Below, piece after piece: positions 1 through 13,374 of a stretch of 64,000 nt of DNA (the stretch's first letter is position 1; each line of letters starts with the position of its first letter). This DNA is from Hypanus sabinus (taxonomy: Eukaryota): positions 29,512,001 to 29,576,000 of the forward strand of contig NC_082731.1 in the NCBI RefSeq assembly GCF_030144855.1, written 5' to 3'. The notes under the pieces are model-generated. The model was not told where the DNA came from. It searched no databases and saw only the letters and a program-made list of their open reading frames with translations. The position numbers and the translations under genes were made by a program.

Positions 1-540
1 TCTCCCCTCGTTCCCCGACACTTGAAGGAATAAAGCCTTAGCTTATCAAACCTCTCCCTCGATCTCAGTCCCTAGAGTTCTTGCAGCAACCTTGTAAATC
101 TTTTCTGCATTGTTTCCAATATAATGATATCTTTCTTGCATCTTGGTGAATAAAATGAACACAACACTGCAAGCACAGCCTCACCGGTGCCTTGTGCAAC
201 CACTCCATGAGCAGCCAGCATTCAGAATCAATGTTCTGTCTAAATAAGACCAGCATGCCAAAACCATTCCTCACCATCCTATCTAACCCTGATAACACTC
301 TCAGTGAACCATGTGCTTAAACTCCAAGGTCCCTCTGTTCCACAACACTTCCCAGGGCCCCGCCAGTTACACTGAATGTCCTACACTGGTTTGACTTTCC
401 AAAATGCAACACCTCACACATCTGAATTTAAACCCACATACTACTGCTCTGCCCATTTGCTCAGCTAATCAACATCATCTTCTTCACAGTTCACTTTACT
501 ACTTACTTTAAGGCCATTTACGAACTTACCAACAATGCCT
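1..540 (-). mobile_element. CR1-type LINE, decayed RT C-terminal/3' fragment
   Basis: The reverse strand resembles the CR1 ORF2 C-terminus seen in the other copies in this window. Many stops; boundaries approximate. Confidence 0.7.
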
Positions 541-599
541 TGTACATTTTTATCCAAATCTTTGATGTGCATGACAACCAGCAAATGGCCCAGCACTGA

Positions 600-1160
600 C
601 CCCTGAGGTCCGCCATTTGTCTGGATCTACTCTCTGTAAACCCACAACTGCATGGCCAGGTACAGAACCAACTCATCGACGGAGCTGCTGTAGAAATATT
701 CAACAGCTTCAAGTTCCTCGGCACCCATATCACTAGCAACCTCACCAGGTCCCTTCACACCGATGTTGTGATCAAGAAAGCTCATTAGCATATTCCATGC
801 TAGGTGTCAGACATTTAGTATGTCTGCCAGGAATCTCTCAAATTTCTACAGACTCATGGTAGAAAGCATTCAGACAGGTTGCATCAAACTCCTGTACAGC
901 AACTGCTCTGCTCTCGACCATCTGAACCTGAAGAGAGTGTTAAACACAGCCCAGTCCATCAGAGGCTTGTTAATTCCTCCCATCCAGTCAGTCTTCACGG
1001 TGCATTGCCACAGGAAGACTCGTGGTGTTGTCAAGGATGCATACCATGCCGACCATTCCCTTTTCAGTCTGCTACCTTCTGGAGAATGTCGAGAAGTTGA
1101 AAAACCTGAATATTCAGACTAAAGAACATCTTTTTCCCTTGATATCAGTCTCCTGAGCTG
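600..1160 (+). mobile_element. Rex1/Babar-like LINE 3' fragment
   Basis: Remnants FKFLGTHIT and DAYHADHSLFSLLPSG, matching the conserved DPHHPGHALFSLLPSGRR motif of the 59407-59985 copy. Confidence 0.7.
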
Positions 1161-1384
1161 ATCAGTTCTTTCACATCTCCTTCCTGGTGGTGCAGCCACG
1201 TTCTCATACCATTCTCTTCTTTATTCTGTTTCTCACACTATGGTGTGTTGATTTGTGGCATTACCTCACACTGCACAACAATCCCTGTACCATTGTGCTG
1301 TTCTCTGCTTATAAATTTATTCCTATCATCATGTGTATTGGCCGTTCTCTACCAGCTTCACGTGAAGAAGGAATTTGATTGCAC

Positions 1385-1750
1385 CGTGGTGTACATGGCC
1401 ATACAGAGTTGACGTGAATAGGCTGTTTCCATTGAGAGTAGGGGAGATTCAAACGAGAGGACATGATTTGAGAGTTAGGGGGCAGAAGTTTAAGGGAAAC
1501 AGGAGGAGGTATTTCTTTACTCAGAGAGTGATAGCTGTGTGGAATGAGCTTCCTGTAGAAGTAGTAGAGGCCAGTTCAGTTGTGTCATTTACGGTAAAAT
1601 TGGAAAGGTATATAGACAGGAAAGGAGTGGAGGGTTATGGGCTGAGTGCTGGTAGGTGGGACTAGGTGAGATTAAGAGTTCGGCACGGACTAGGAGGGCC
1701 GAGATGGCCCGTTTCCGTGCTGTGATTGTTATATGGTTATATGGTTATAA
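1385..1750 (+). mobile_element. CR1 LINE 3' end with (TATGGT)n tail
   Basis: ORF ...RLFPLRVGEIQTRGHDLRVRGQKFKGNRRRYFFTQRVIAVWNELP is the CR1 ORF2 C-terminus. A short tandem tail follows at about 1730-1750. Confidence 0.85.
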
Positions 1751-3289
1751 ACCAACCTAATCTAATCTGAACTGTTTCATACCGTTTCTGAGGGAAGTTC
1801 ATCACAAAGCATTCATGCCTTGTCTTTAGCTCCCATGTGCTGGGCTCCACCCTCCTGGAAGTTGGTTCTATTGGAGTCGACTCATTTCATTCACTTTTAA
1901 TGATCCATCATCGTTCACACCTGCATGTGGCAGGACTGCAGAGGCTTGATCTGATCCCTTCTTGATGGGACTGTACTTTGGCCATTCTTTGCCTCTTTTG
2001 CTATTTTACAGATGTGTAGACTTGATAGTTGGCACCTCATGTGTTGGTACATTTGGTGATGTATATGGTCTGTCCACCCCCAACCCAGTTCATTCCCTCC
2101 ACCACTGATACCATGAATGCAGTGTATACTATCTACAGAATGTACCACACACTTCAGTGAAGATTCGGTGACAGCAACTCCCACACTGCAATCTCTGGCA
2201 CAATGGAGGACAACTGTACTCAGGCCATTGGGAATGCTCCTGTCTGCATGACATGTACCATCTGCACTTGGACACAGATGTCTGCTCTCACATTGTCATT
2301 TCACGCACATCACAGACACCAATAATGACGTGAGCCCCACCCCGAACCAACTAACCGTCTGGGTGAGCAAATATCATATCACTGACAACAATCTGGAGTA
2401 TTAACGTTATTTCCGTATCACTGACAGCCACAGGGATGTGAGAATTATACTCGTGACACAGTATATAGTATTCACACCATCTCCAAAGCAAGAATAGCCA
2501 AAATGTACAGGTAACCTGCTGATGAGATTATCCCGTTTGTTAGTAATTCCTTTCCAGCCCAAATAATCAGGATGTAAGAGGGAAGGAAACAATGATGTCT
2601 ATTCATATATAAACTGATTCTGACAAAAGGAGAATTGTTTTATATCTGTTTGTATTATCCCAATGTATATTTTATCCATAATTCAGGACATGGTATCAGA
2701 GGAGTGATGAGTCAGCCTGACAGAACATTAGGATGATTCCAGGAGTAATGGACATCAGTTAGACAATGGAACAGCTGGAATTATTTTGCTTGGAAAGGAG
2801 AAAGTGGAGGGAACATCTGTGAAGGTATTTCTAATCACAAAGGCTCTAAGACTCAAGATTCAAGATTGTTTAATGTGATTTCCTGAACACAAGTGTAAAT
2901 GCGAATGTAATAATTGTTACTCCGGATCTGGATTTTTTACTGGACCAGGTAAGTAGGTTGAAGGAGGATGAGACGTAGTAGTAGTAGAATTGATGAGAAA
3001 CATGGAGGGAGAGTTCCCTGTAAGTATAAAGAAGAAAATGAGAAAGAAGCACCAGAAGGCTGAATGAGTGAAGAAATCCCTGGTCGAGCCCCTGGTGCCA
3101 CCAGGCCCCCCTGCTGATACGGTATGGTGGGAAACTGGAGATAACAGGTATGTAATTCGTTTTATTAATGACTTGTATGGTTGGGCACATGACCAGTGGC
3201 CTTCTGGTGGGGGTGAGGGGGGGGGAATTTAAACAAGAGACTAGAGGAAGAGACAGATCCTACGTGGGATTATGATTATACGGTGATGT

Positions 3290-3440
3290 CTGACTTCCAT
3301 ATCTTTTCTCCAATCCAGATGAAGGTCTGTGCCCGAAACATCGACTGTTTACTCTATTCCATAGGTGCCGCCTGGCCTGCTGAGTTCCTACAGAATTTTG
3401 TGTGCGTTGCTTGCATTTCCAGCATCTGCAGATTTGCTGT
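3290..3440 (+). mobile_element. Penelope-like element 3' terminus with degenerate hammerhead motif
   Basis: caatc-CAGATGA-aggtctgtgccc-GAAACATC-gactg, followed by gcctggcctgctgagttcctacagaattttgtgtg. The same terminus recurs at about 44215 and 63930. Confidence 0.65.
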
Positions 3441-3629
3441 TGCTTCCTGCATTACATTGATTTACGAAGACCATTGCGCCAAAAACTTTCTTTGCAACTC
3501 TACCTACCTGTGATGCCACTTTAAATGAATTATGGACCTGCATTCACAGATCTCTTTGTTCTACCACACTTCTCAGTGCACTACTGTTCACTGTGCAAAA
3601 CCTCGCACTTGTCTGCATTAAATTCCATC

Positions 3630-4660
3630 TGCCATTACTACCTCATCCTGAATATCGAGCGACTGAACATTCTTGGCCAACCTACCATGCGGGACCTTGT
3701 CAAATGTCTTGTTAAAGTCCATGTAGACAACATCCCCAGCAATTTCTGCACTTGCCTCCCATTAGATCCGAAGGGCACCTTATCAGGCCCCGGGGGTCTA
3801 TTCACTCTGATTTGCCTCAAGGTTACCAACACTTCCTCCTCTTTAATCTGAACAGTGTCCAGGAAGTTGATGTCACTTTGTCTCACTTCTATAGATTCTG
3901 TGTCTGTCTCCTGAGTAAATACAAATGCAGAAAAAAATGTTTAAGATCTCCCCTATCAGTTCTGGCTCCACAAATGGATTACAATCCTGATCTTCCAGAG
4001 AACCAATTTTGTCCCCTGCAATCCTTTAGCACTTAACATTTCTGTAGAATCCCTTTGGATTCTGTCTGACCTTGTCTGCTAGAACAACTTCATGCCTTAT
4101 TTTAACCCTCTGGATTTCTTTCCAAAGTGTTCTCTTGCATTTCTTATACTCCATGAGCACAGTTGTTCCTATCTGCCTATACCTCCTCTGCACCTCATTT
4201 TTTCTCTTAACCAGGGCCACAATATTGCTTGAAAACCTAGGCTCCCTACACTTGTTATCTTTACTTCTTTTATTATGACAAGCACATACAAGCATTGTAC
4301 TCTCAAAATTTCGCTTTTGAATGCCTCCCACTTACCAAGTGCACCTTTGTCAGAAAATAGCCTGTCCCAATCCACAATTGCCAGACCATTTTGGATGCCA
4401 TCAGAATTGGCCTTTCTCCAATTTAGAATCTCAATCCACAGACAAGACCTAAATTTTTGCATATTTACTTTGAAACGAATGGCACTGTGGTCTCTGGATG
4501 CAAAGTGTTCCTCTACACAAACTTCTGTCGCCTGCCCTGTCTCATTCCCTACTAGCAGATCTAGTGTTGCACATTCTTTCATTGGGGCTTCTACGTACTG
4601 ATGAAGGAAACTTTCCTGAACACCTTTGAAAAACTCTATCCCATCTAGTCTCATTGGATT
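3630..4660 (-). mobile_element. CR1 LINE fragment (endonuclease to linker)
   Basis: Reverse-strand CATLDLLVGNETGQATEVCVEEHFASRDHSAIRFK and VRQNPKGFYR motifs. Confidence 0.85.
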
Positions 4661-4679
4661 CCTGAATATCGAATAATGG

Positions 4680-6130
4680 ATGCTCCTCTTCGCCAACCTC
4701 CTGACCTGACATGCCTGCCGAAATGCAATGGAATCGGGAAAGGAACACGGTCTTTAATGCTCTTAAAACAGCTTTGTCAACTGCCTCAGCCTTGGGCATA
4801 CCTGACTCTTCAGCCCCTTTCCAATTATTTGTTAATGATGCCAAGGTTTTGTGAGGGGCATTTTAACGCAAGAACATGGGGGCCTCAGACAACCCATTGT
4901 ATATTATTCTGTACAATTACCACCAGCTGTAAGGGGCTTGCCCAGTTGTTTAAGGTCTTACGTCGCCACCGCAGATATGGAAGAAGAGCCCAATCTTTGT
5001 ACAGTTTTGGCTTCCCGTGCAATTTTGCTTCTTTTAAAATCAGCGGCCGCCAAGCATTTTACAGCAGTAAATGAGTACAGGTTATGAGGTCATGTTGCTT
5101 CCTAAACCCAATCTTTCTTTCCAGCGTGCCCCTGCACTAAACCCCATTTCTCTTCTTCCATTAACTGAGACTGAGGATAACACACCTTTACATGATTCTG
5201 TGGTGATAGTGGAAGCCACCACATCTCCCAGTACTGACCTGCACAGTACTCCTCTTGATAACCCAGACCGAATTCTCTTTACTGACGGATCTTCCACTCG
5301 CCCGTCGGATACACTGACATTTTCTGGAGATGTTATTGTTTCTTCTTTTGAGACACGAGAGGTTTGTACATTTTCGTCTGGTACTTCAGCACAAGCAGCT
5401 GTATTGTTTGCCCTAACCAGAGCTTGTATGTTAGCGACAGGGACATGTGCTACCATTTTTCCTGATTCTTGATATGTTTTTGAGGTGACACGTGATTTTG
5501 GCAACACTGGGGATTTATTATATCTTCAGGTAAGCACGTTGAACATTTTCAATATTTATTAATTTACTCCAAGCTATTCTATTACTTTCACGTCTCATGG
5601 GAGACATAATCCCAAGGGCTGGAGTCCCCACTAATATCAATAGTGACAGGAAAACTCATTTCACAGTTCAAATCACTAAGGCGCTTAGCCAGGCGTTGCT
5701 GTTCAATTGACAAGTGCATATTCCGTATCAACACCAGTCATCCAGATTAGTAGAATGCATGAATGGGATACTTAAAAATGCACTTGCAAAAGTTTGCCAA
5801 GGACCAGGATTAAAGTGTCCTGGGGTATTACCCAGTGACCCCTACATAGGCCAGCCTTATCTGGTCGGAGGAAAATACCTTACAATCTGCTCAAACTGTA
5901 GTGGAGCTGTACAGCCAAACCATGCGAAGGTTGTGCAGGCATGTCTCAGACCTGGGAAAACCAATGCACAGCCCTTCAAACCAGATTACACGCTTATTAA
6001 ATCACTGGATAAAAATTCTCCTTCTCCTTGATGGAAAGGCCTGTTTCAAGTTCCACTGATGACTAGAACGGTGTTGAAAGTGGCAGGGAAACGTGAGTGG
6101 TTTCACGGAACATGGTGCAAACCGTGATCA
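4680..6130 (+). pseudogene. pol: ERV pol remnant (RT connection, RNase H, integrase)
   Basis: ALKTALSTASALGIPD...PFQLFV; LNPISLLP; ILFTDGSS; TSAQAAVLFALTRAC; INSDRKTHFT; HQSSRLVECMNGILK; P*WKGLFQV. Frameshifts and stops present. Confidence 0.85.
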
Positions 6131-6229
6131 TCTTCTGCAATCCGGGCTGCGCCTGAGAAGGACGCAGCTATTAAAAAGAAGAAAAGAGTCAAAAAGCACC
6201 GACAGCGAATAAACATTTCAAACTGATGC

Positions 6230-7380
6230 TGCAAATTTGTTGAAGTTGTATGTTAGTCGGCTTGTTGGGCTCTGCTGTATATTTGAGCACATTGACAGAA
6301 TGTGAACATGCAGTTGTGTCTCACCAATGAACGAACTTTGGATGTGAAAGAAGGACAAGCCCACCCAATTTACAGAATACCTGGTGGAAATTTGCTAATT
6401 ATACGGCCTATCGGGCCAATTTAAACAACTGTTAGGTTTGTATGGCTATTCGCCACTCATCACAATATCCATTGCCCTTAAGACCTCTGCCTGTGGCAAA
6501 GGAGCCATCACTATTTATGTTAATTGTGTTTCAATCTTATAATATTTCTAGTAATAGTCCGACTCCAACTTGTTTGAATTTTGTAAAGTATCTTGTTTTG
6601 AGTAACTCTAAGTTATGTGGATATACCACCACCAAATTTACAAACCTGAGCTCTTCTTATTGTTGCCAAGCTCGGGCCCTATATAATTGGGAAAACACTA
6701 CAAAGTGTCAATAGAAGTGAATGTGATTCCTGTGTTGCCCAGCCCCGGTCTGTTTGTGCCGGAGTCTAAGGGAAATTGGTTAGGGTATCCCCATGTGCTA
6801 TTTCTTTTGCACCCCTGACACAGTGGCCCAATCTATCTGAAAACATGAACAAGGTTTATTGGACTCTCTTGGTGGGGTGATATAAATAATGGCCATACTA
6901 TAGATTATGTAAGTTTCGAATTGGAAATTCTAACTAATGAAACTATAAAAGCATTCTCAATTATGAATCAGGAAATGCAAAATCTCTTGAGTAGTCATTT
7001 TGCAGAACGGGATAGACCTGGACTACGTCTTAGCCAAAGAAGGTGGCGTTTGTGCACTAGTCGGGAAACAATGTTGCTTCAAAAGTATGACTCAGCAATG
7101 AGATGAAATGCAAAAGCTAAGTTCTCGGGCTTCTCCTAAGGGTTGGGATTTCTTTAGCTGGATTGAATCTGTAATTGGGTAACGGGTGTTTTACTGGTTA
7201 CAGTCCCACTTTTATGAACTTTTTGCACAAATTTGCTTTACATTAGTTATTCGCTGCATCTTGCAACTGTTATTCATCTGACATATACACCTTCCGAGTC
7301 AAAGACAAAAATGACTGTCTTACTTTACGTCAGGTCCCCAAATATGGAAAGCAGTGGTGAAGAGGATAGTTTATGATGAA
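6230..7380 (+). pseudogene. env: ERV env remnant
   Basis: SU CXXC as C*VC (TGT TAG GTT TGT, 6430-6441). TM immunosuppressive domain plus CX6CC read in one frame at 7000-7080 as LQNGIDLDYVLAKEGGVCALVGKQCCF. Confidence 0.85.
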
Positions 7381-7479
7381 TGAGAATGTTTGAAAATGCT
7401 ACCACTACCCTCAGGCTATGAGATCCCTTTTACAGATACCAATCTGTAAAGTTGATCTTACAATCAAAAAGGAGGGAAT

Positions 7480-7855
7480 TGTGGAAGAATATTTCGAATA
7501 TCGAGCTAAAAGTGCTGTATGTTGCCAAAGCTTTGTGACCTTGTGGACATCCCATGGTTTCCAATTAAGTTCCAAATCTGCATAACTAAGCTATTGTGCT
7601 GGCCACAACCCCTCATTAGAGCAACAATACAGCTGCACACAATAAGAGTAGATGGGTGAGTCATAAATCAACTCTTTGTCTTGCTAATTGTGGTGGGGAC
7701 TGGTTTCAATCACTTGACTCTTACTAAATATAAACACAAGATGATTCCATGTAACTCAGAGTTCCACACATAAGGATTCTCTATGATATCATGTTAAAAT
7801 AAAAGATTCACCATTAAGGTCTGGTACCGACGTTTATTTTAAAAATTCTCTGGCA
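7480..7855 (+). repeat. ERV 3' LTR
   Basis: Starts TG right after the PPT and has AATAAA at 7798-7803. The 3' CA end at 7855 is tentative; no 5' LTR is in the window to confirm it. Confidence 0.6.
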
Positions 7856-9589
7856 CCCCACCTGCAAATTTCAGCACACTGACTGTGGTGCCACGAACAT
7901 GCAGGTTCCATTTTCCAGCCACGGGGTTGTGAGACTCTCATTTATTACTGAACAGTCTGTGATAGAGACTGTTGGATCTCTGTTTATTTTCTGAACCTTA
8001 GGGTTCATTTCTGAGTCAAAAAAGGCAAGCAGTTTTACTTCCAAGATCTTGGTTTATTTTAGAACATAAGCAAACATACAAATACGAACAAACTAAATAA
8101 GGAGCTGTGAAACGATGCTAAGAGGCGTATAGGCAAAAGCATAAAGAAGCCAAGATAGTGATTCTGGATAGTGGATGTAATGCAGGAAGGACTGGAGAGT
8201 GCTGTTGGAGGAGGTTTTGATTGTTTAGTATATAAATAATAAGTTGGACATGGTGGATGTAATTGAGAGATGTCATTGTGTGATTGTTGGACTTGTGTAG
8301 AGTATACAGAGTCAGTAAGGCTGGTGACAGGATGTTGATTACAAGGTGGGTAGCCAGACAGTAAGTGGAGTTTATCTGCAGTTACTATAAACTCCTGTGA
8401 ATGGGCATCTTAACCCCTGGCCATGTTGCTCACAACTATCTCACTTAAATCAAGCACTGAGAATGTACACGTGTTCCTCGTACAGTATCCGTCCATTTCA
8501 GATTCTCAGTGGAAAGGTGACACCAGGGACGTGAATCAACTGTCCCTTCCTAATTGCAACATCTCTCCCACAATATTTTGATGTATAATTCATTGTGTTT
8601 TACTTTCCATTTTTGTTAATTCAGTACAGAAAATGTGATATTGTCTGATTGTTTTCAGTTCTTCACTCTTACATTCTTTATGTTCTCAGAAATGAAGGGA
8701 TACAATCTTCTTTCACTTCCTCAAACTCAATGAGTCTGTCCCACAATTCACCTGTGGTATTCATATAAACCTGATCGTCCTGGGTATACAGATTACAGGG
8801 AAGCACTCGGTTATCATTAGTGATCAAAATGCAGAAAGGAATTGGGTGAGTTTCACTTACCAGGAGCCAGTACTTCACACAAGAGGTAAGAGAGTCTAAA
8901 GCAGGTAGGACCAATGACTTTCCATTGAGTTTCATTTAACAGGCTCCAAAGGTCCAACATTTACAATTTGTAAGTTAATAATTGGTTAGTTATGACCTTG
9001 TTAACAGTAGCCAATACAAGAAATTAGAGCCAAGCAGAGATGCCATTGTGACAGTGGGCCAGTAGACTGGAAGAGAGCAGAGGATTTGACTCAACAGCCT
9101 TTGGTATAAAGAGGTGGAGTAAGTGGCTCAGATTTGGGGAATGAGAACAGATTTCTATAAAAGCTTCACTGAGTTTTATGTTGTGTTCATCCTCAGTCCT
9201 TGATTCAGTTAATGCAGGACAGTGGTTTGGCAGTGGAATGCTCCTCCTAAAAGACATGGGAATTCAGGGAATCTCATGGTTTACATTTGTGGACAGTTCA
9301 CCCTTGCATACTGGGTCAAGGAACTGGGGCTGGACCTGCAGGCACTTGGTATCATTTGGGAAGCTGTGGGCTTTAGAGATGAGCCTTTTGCTGATGTGGT
9401 CACACCTGAAGTACACATTTCAGATATATGGGGAAGGAAGGGGAGAATGCAAGCACTACAAGGGTGTCCTGTGGTCATTCCACTGACTAACAGGTACTTG
9501 TCTTTGGATAATATTGAGGGTGATGTTCTCTCAAGGGCCAGCAGAAATGGTCAGGTCTTTGGCTCTATGACTGGCTCTTAGGCTGAAAG

Positions 9590-10245
9590 AGTGCATGCAG
9601 GCATACTGGGCATCAAAAGACTCAATGGACTTAGAAGTATCTTATGAGTTTGTGAAAACTCAATGCCATCTGAAACATTGTCAAACTTCTTTGCTGTGCT
9701 GTGGAGACAATACTGACTGGCTGCATCCTGACCAATACCCTTGAACAGAAAAGCCTGCAAAAGGTAGTGGATAAAGCCAGGTCCATTGTGGGTAAAGTCC
9801 TCTCCACCATTGAGCATGTCCACAAGGAGCACTGTCACAGGAAAGCAGTTCCATCATCAAGTACCTACTCCATCCAGGCCATGTTCTCTTCTTTGGAAGG
9901 AGGTACGGGAGCCACAGGACCCACACCACGAGGTTCAAGAACAGTTATTACCCCTCAAACATCAGGCTTTTGAATCAGATGAGATAACTTCACTCACCCC
10001 AACACTGAACTGTTCCCGCAACCTATGACAGTTCATCTCATGTTCTTGATATTTATTGCTTACTTAGTTGTTATTATTATTTTGTTTGTTTCTTTTTTTC
10101 ATTTAGTATTTGCAGTTTGTTGACTTTTGTTCATTGGTAGCTTGACTGGCGTGTCTGCAGTTTTTCATTGACATGATTGTGTTTCTTTGTATTTACTCTG
10201 ACGCCTCAAGGAAATGAACCTCAGGGTAGTATATGGTGACAACAA
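9590..10245 (+). mobile_element. Rex1/Babar-like LINE 3' fragment
   Basis: LQKVVDKARSIVGKVLSTIEHVHKEHCHRKA followed by the family 3' UTR. Confidence 0.75.
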
Positions 10246-11909
10246 GGGAGAGTTTAAGCTAGATTGGCAGAGTAGTGGGACACAAGAGTGTGAAGTCAGT
10301 GAGAAGACAGGGATATATTCAACAACGAAAGAGTGTTCACCCAGCAATCAGGATAGCCATGTTTACAGTGAATTTGCAGTTAAGACCACTGATTTAAATT
10401 ATGTCTCATTACATATACATTTCTTAACAGGTGGGATGGAGAAAATGAGAGGATATTGGATTGTTTCTGATAAGTAGAATATTGTGGCCATAACAGAAAA
10501 GTGGCTGAGGGAAGGGCAGTGCAGTGTTCAGGGATACTTGCTTTAGGCATGACGGGAAGAGATAAGACTGGAGAAGGTGTTGCCCTTTTGATAATGGATA
10601 TTCTTGAGGGATTGTCTACTGAGGGCTTTAGGGTTGAATTTAGGAACATGAAGGTGTTGGTCACCTTGGTCTGGCTAATTACCGATTCCCCCAGTAGTCA
10701 GTGGGAACTGGAGGAGCAGGCATGTGGAGAAATTTGCACATAGCTGTGAGAACAGTTGAGAAATGCTCAAAGGAAATATCAAATTTAATGGTGTCACCTG
10801 GGTCACCCAGAGAGCAAAGGGCCTGAATGGGGAATAATTTGTGTGGGGTGTTCAAGTCAATATCCTCATAAATTATATAGATGAAAATATTTTGGAAGGA
10901 GAACTACTGAACCTCCTCTTAGGCAAAAGGATGGCCAAGTAACTGATGTGTAAGCTGGGGAGTCCAGTGACCACAATTCTACAATTTTAGTTTTAAAGTA
11001 GTAATGGGAAAAAAAGAGAGAACAATGGGAGCTATCATTTTCCTTTCGGGTAGGTCCACATGGCAAAATCCTTAACTGCAGCAAGGCCAACTGAAGGAAT
11101 TAGGCTGGATCTAGATTGGTTTGACTGAGTGACTCTATTTAAAAATAAAAAAAATTTGGCAAGTGGGAGGTATTTAAAAGGGTGAACCAAGAGTCCGGGG
11201 GAGCATGTTCCTGTTAGTGTGAATGGTAGATGCACCCAGTTCAGGAAACCCTGGTTGTCAAAAGATATCAAGACTCTGGTAAAGAAAAAGAAGGAAGTGT
11301 ACAATGAGTTTAGGCAGCTGGATGTGAAGGTATCAATCGATGAATATAAAAAGTTTAAGACCAGGCCTAAGAGGGAAATCAGGAGGGCAAAAAGAGGCTA
11401 TGAGATAGATTTGGCAGGCAAGGTTCATTAGCTACCTTAACAGTGAAAGGTTGTCTATGGAGAGACTGTTTCCTTTGAAAGACCATCCTGATAATTTGTG
11501 TGTTTAATGATGTGAGGAAGCAGAGGGTGGTGGTTGAAGGTGAATTCTTTGACTGGAGGATAGTGACTAGTGGTCACCAGGGACCAGTGTTGGGACCTCT
11601 GTTATTTGTGATTTGAGTAAATTAGTTGGAATGTGAATGTACAAGGCACAATTCACAAGTTTGCTGATGATACTAAACAAGGTGGTTTTGTTGATATGAA
11701 GGAAGTAACATTGATTTGCCAAAAGATCTTGATCTGTTTAAGAGAAGAGCTAAGGAATAGCAAATTAGATCAAAGTGAGATGATGTATTTTTGGGCAGTC
11801 AAACCAGGGAAGTGCATACAGTAAATGGCAGGCTTCTTATGAGTACTGTGGACCCGAGGGTCCTCCCAGTCCAAGTACACAGTTCACTGAAATCAGCTGT
11901 ACCAGTTGA

Positions 11910-12760
11910 AAGTTCAAAGTAGATTTATCATCCAAGTACGTACATAAATGTCACAACACACCACCCTGAGATCCATTTCTTCTGAGCACTCAAAACAGAA
12001 TCCATAAAAGACTGCATCGAACAGGACAGACAAACAACCAAGGTGCAAAAGATAAGGGTGAAAATACTGAAATAAAAATAATATATAAGCAATAAATCTT
12101 GAAAACATAAGATGAAAAGTCCTTGAAAGTTCAAATTTGGGGAACAGTTCAGTGATGGGGCAAGAGAAGTTAAATGAAGATATCCCCTCTGATTCAAGAG
12201 TCTGATGGTTGAGTGTTAAAAATTATTCCTGAACCTGATGGTGTGGCTCCTGAGGTTCCTGCTCCTCTTTGCTGAGAATAGAGCATTGGCTGGATGGTGT
12301 TGGTCCTCAATTATGGAGGCTGCTTTCCTGCAATAGCACTCCTTGTTTCTGTGCTCATTGGTAGGGAGGGCTTTACCCATAATGGACTGGGGTTTTCCAT
12401 TCAAGGGGATTGGTGTTTCCATTCCAGGCCATGAAGCCCCAGTCAATATACTCTCCACCACACATCTGTTGAAATTTGTTAAAGTTTTTGATGCCACGCC
12501 AAGTCTTGGCAAACTGGTAAGAAAGTAGAGACTGCTGTGCTTTCTTCGTAATGACACTGACACTGAGAAATTTAAAGTGCTGATCTGATTCCCTGATGAG
12601 GACTCTTGGACTTTCAGTTTCCTCCTCCTGAAGTCAAATCCTCTCCTCGATCTTGTTGACATGGAGTGATAGGTGGTTGTTGTTGCACCACTCAGCCAGA
12701 TTTCCAATCTCTCCCCTAAATGCTGATTCATCATCACATCTGTTTCAGTCTACGGCAGTG
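11910..12760 (-). mobile_element. Rex1/Babar-like LINE 3' fragment
   Basis: LTNFNRCVVESILTG...CRKAASIIEDQHHPANALFS...RSHTIRFRNNF. Confidence 0.75.
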
Positions 12761-13374
12761 GAGTCATTGGCAAACATAAATATGATATTAGAGTTATGCT
12801 TAGCCTCACAGTCATAAGTATAAAGCGAGAAGAGCAGGGGACTAAGCTCACAGCCTTGTGGTGCAACTGTGCTGATGGAGATTGTGAGGAGATGACGGTG
12901 GTGAAGAAGACGTTTAGCATGCTGGCTTTCATCAGTCAGGGCATGGAGTCCAACAATGGGGAGAGTATGTGGCAGTTATGTAAATTGTTGATGAGGTCAC
13001 ACTTGGAGTATTGTACAGTTTTGGTACTCTGATATAGGAAAGACATTGTCAAGCTGGAAATGGTACAGAAGTGATGTACAAGAATGCTGCCTAGACTAGA
13101 GGGCCTGAGTTATAGGGCGAGGTAAGCCATACTGGTTCTTTATTATCTGGAACAGAGGGGAATATGGGGTGACCTCAGAAGTTTGTAAAATCATGAGGGG
13201 TATGGAATGCTGGATGGTCATAGGCTTTTCATCAGGGTTGGGAGTCCAACACAGGAGGGTACATATAGAAGATAAGGTAGAGATTTAAAAGAGATCTGAG
13301 AGTTAACTTCTTTAAAAGAATAATGAGTACCTGGCAGCATCAATAAACCCGACCTGCTGTGTTCCTCCAGCATT

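Larger units (their letters stand above)
4680..7855 (+). mobile_element. Class I (gamma/epsilon-like) endogenous retrovirus, 5'-truncated: pol-env-PPT-3'LTR
   Basis: RT connection domain, RNase H, integrase and env motifs in retroviral order. PPT aaaaaggagggaa at 7466-7478 is followed by TG at 7480. Confidence 0.85.
9020..13320 (+). mobile_element. Old CR1 LINE (ORF1 end, ORF2 pieces, 3' end) split by two younger Rex1-like insertions
   Basis: PVVIPLTNRYLSLD (ORF1); TIHKFADDTK (RT); MRSHLEYC (C-terminus). Interrupted at 9590-10245 and 11910-12760. Confidence 0.7.

Noticed and set aside
7851-7905. TGGCACCCC and TGGTGCCAC after the ERV LTR as a primer-binding site of a tandem provirus
   Set aside because: Neither extends into an 18-nt match to a tRNA 3' end I recognise, and no gag follows.
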